This document shows, one piece after another, positions 63,134-64,000 of a DNA stretch of 64,000 nucleotides (position 1 is the stretch's first letter; each line of letters starts with the position of its first letter). The translations under genes and the position numbers were made by a program. The notes beneath the pieces were generated by a model. The model had not been told where the DNA came from and did not search any database. It worked only from the letters and a program-made list of their open reading frames with translations. The stretch comes from a bacterium (GTDB lineage: Bacteria; Patescibacteriota; Minisyncoccia; UBA6257; Colwellbacteraceae): positions 39,063 through 103,062 of the forward strand of contig JAJYME010000004.1 in NCBI GenBank assembly GCA_021787205.1. The letters run 5' to 3'.

Positions 63134-63808
63134 ATGTTGTTATTTCCGGAAAAGTTATCTTTCAAGGGAATGGGTCACGTTGATATGCCGTTAACGAGTG
63201 CCGATTTATATGACTTAGGTTGGGCGACAAGCGAAGCTTTTCGCATGGTTTTGTCCTCCAAAGAAATAATGAAGGCAACCGGTTTAGACGGCGTGATGCA
63301 GGCAGTGCCAAGTCAGATTGAAGTCGAAGTGGCCATCGCGACAAAAAGGAGATACCGGGTCGAACGCCTTAAGACTTCGAATTCGGTCTGGAACGACCAG
63401 CAGATCTTAGGAATAATCTCGTGTGAAAAATTCGGGCAACATCTCTCTGGGGATGTAGCGCGGATCAGGAGATGGTTTAACGGTTCGAGGCCGAGGGACG
63501 GAAGAAGCAGTTCTTTATCCCTTAAGGGAGCGATAGCTTCCGGCTTCATCTTTGATGATCTCAAAAAGATCAAGATATTTTTCAGCGCCTCGTCGCACGG
63601 GCAGAAAATATGCTCTTATTGCGAATGGAGACTGAGGGTATCTTTCGATCTGATTGAGGGGAAGTATGAAGTCAGGGAAACGATGGCGGTCGGTCAAGTG
63701 CTTCAATTGGAAGCCACTAAGACTGGATGCGCCGGATACATCAAGATGGAGAATCATGGAGAGATCGAAGCTGACGCGAAACTCAGAGTAGAGGAGGAGA
63801 TGAAATGA
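63134..63808 (+). CDS. Hypothetical protein (224 aa)
   Basis: AAAGGAG is present as an RBS; no family was recognised. Confidence 0.45.
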   Translation: MLLFPEKLSFKGMGHVDMPLTSADLYDLGWATSEAFRMVLSSKEIMKATGLDGVMQAVPSQIEVEVAIATKRRYRVERLKTSNSVWNDQQILGIISCEKFGQHLSGDVARIRRWFNGSRPRDGRSSSLSLKGAIASGFIFDDLKKIKIFFSASSHGQKICSYCEWRLRVSFDLIEGKYEVRETMAVGQVLQLEATKTGCAGYIKMENHGEIEADAKLRVEEEMK

Positions 63809-64000
63809 TAGGCGGAGAAAACGTTTTTTCGACTGAGCAACCGATGAGATTTAACTTGTCAGACAGAAAAGTGCAGGAACTTGGAAGTCTGCTTTATAAG
63901 GTCTTTAAGAAACTAATGGGGACACCAAGAACGGTGGCCGCATTCAATATGGCCCAAATATTGCCAAAAGCGATAAGGGTAAGGGTAATTGCAGCTACCG
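63805..64000 (+). CDS. Hypothetical protein, 3'-truncated by the window edge; translationally coupled to the upstream gene (ATGA overlap)
   Basis: GAGGAGGAG lies upstream of the ATG at 63805. Confidence 0.4.
   Translation, partial: MIGGENVFSTEQPMRFNLSDRKVQELGSLLYKVFKKLMGTPRTVAAFNMAQILPKAIRVRVIAAT

Noticed and set aside
1-64000. CRISPR arrays, rRNA genes, transposases or integrases
   Set aside because: I found no regularly spaced short direct repeats and no rRNA-like conserved segments. I saw no DDE transposase or tyrosine/serine recombinase motifs in any ORF of the window.

Overview
This 64-kb window looks like a small-genome, Patescibacteria/CPR-like bacterium; that placement is my inference from gene content and style, not a database result. 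AT-rich short intergenic regions and frequent TGnTATAAT extended -10 elements are directly visible in the sequence.

The window carries the following housekeeping genes:
- Translation and RNA: pth, hisS, rpsU, ybeY, a GatB/YqeY-domain protein, cca, an RsuA/RluB-type pseudouridine synthase and a DEAD-box helicase.
- Cell division and secretion: ftsA, ftsZ and lepB.
- DNA repair and nucleotide housekeeping: recG, an AlkD-like DNA alkylation repair protein, a HAM1/RdgB-like pyrophosphatase, a NUDIX hydrolase and two HIT proteins.
- Central metabolism: ppsA, a two-subunit 2-oxoacid:ferredoxin oxidoreductase, prs plus a phosphoribosyltransferase, and a D-2-hydroxyacid dehydrogenase.
- Transport and membrane: corA and TspO.

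The window also carries the following accessory regions:
- A type IV pilus-like cluster at the 5' end and a separate pilin-LamG gene.
- A metal-homeostasis region with four P-type ATPases, copZ, and an unusual HMA/DsbD-like/cupredoxin fusion.
- A PadR-PspC pair.
- Many secreted or membrane hypotheticals.

Five tRNAs are present, none with an encoded CCA. One of them (anticodon GUU, Asn) is interrupted by a 229-nt group I intron whose P, Q, R and S elements can all be read in the sequence.

The tRNA-Pro and tRNA-Ala flanks both carry direct repeats that include the tRNA 3' end. The tRNA-Pro flank also has a ~70-nt repeat pair and a hairpin array. The tRNA-Ala locus is followed by SD-bearing genes of unknown function, and preceded by a GC-rich terminator-ended region that looks like a structured RNA.

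No CRISPR array or rRNA was seen.
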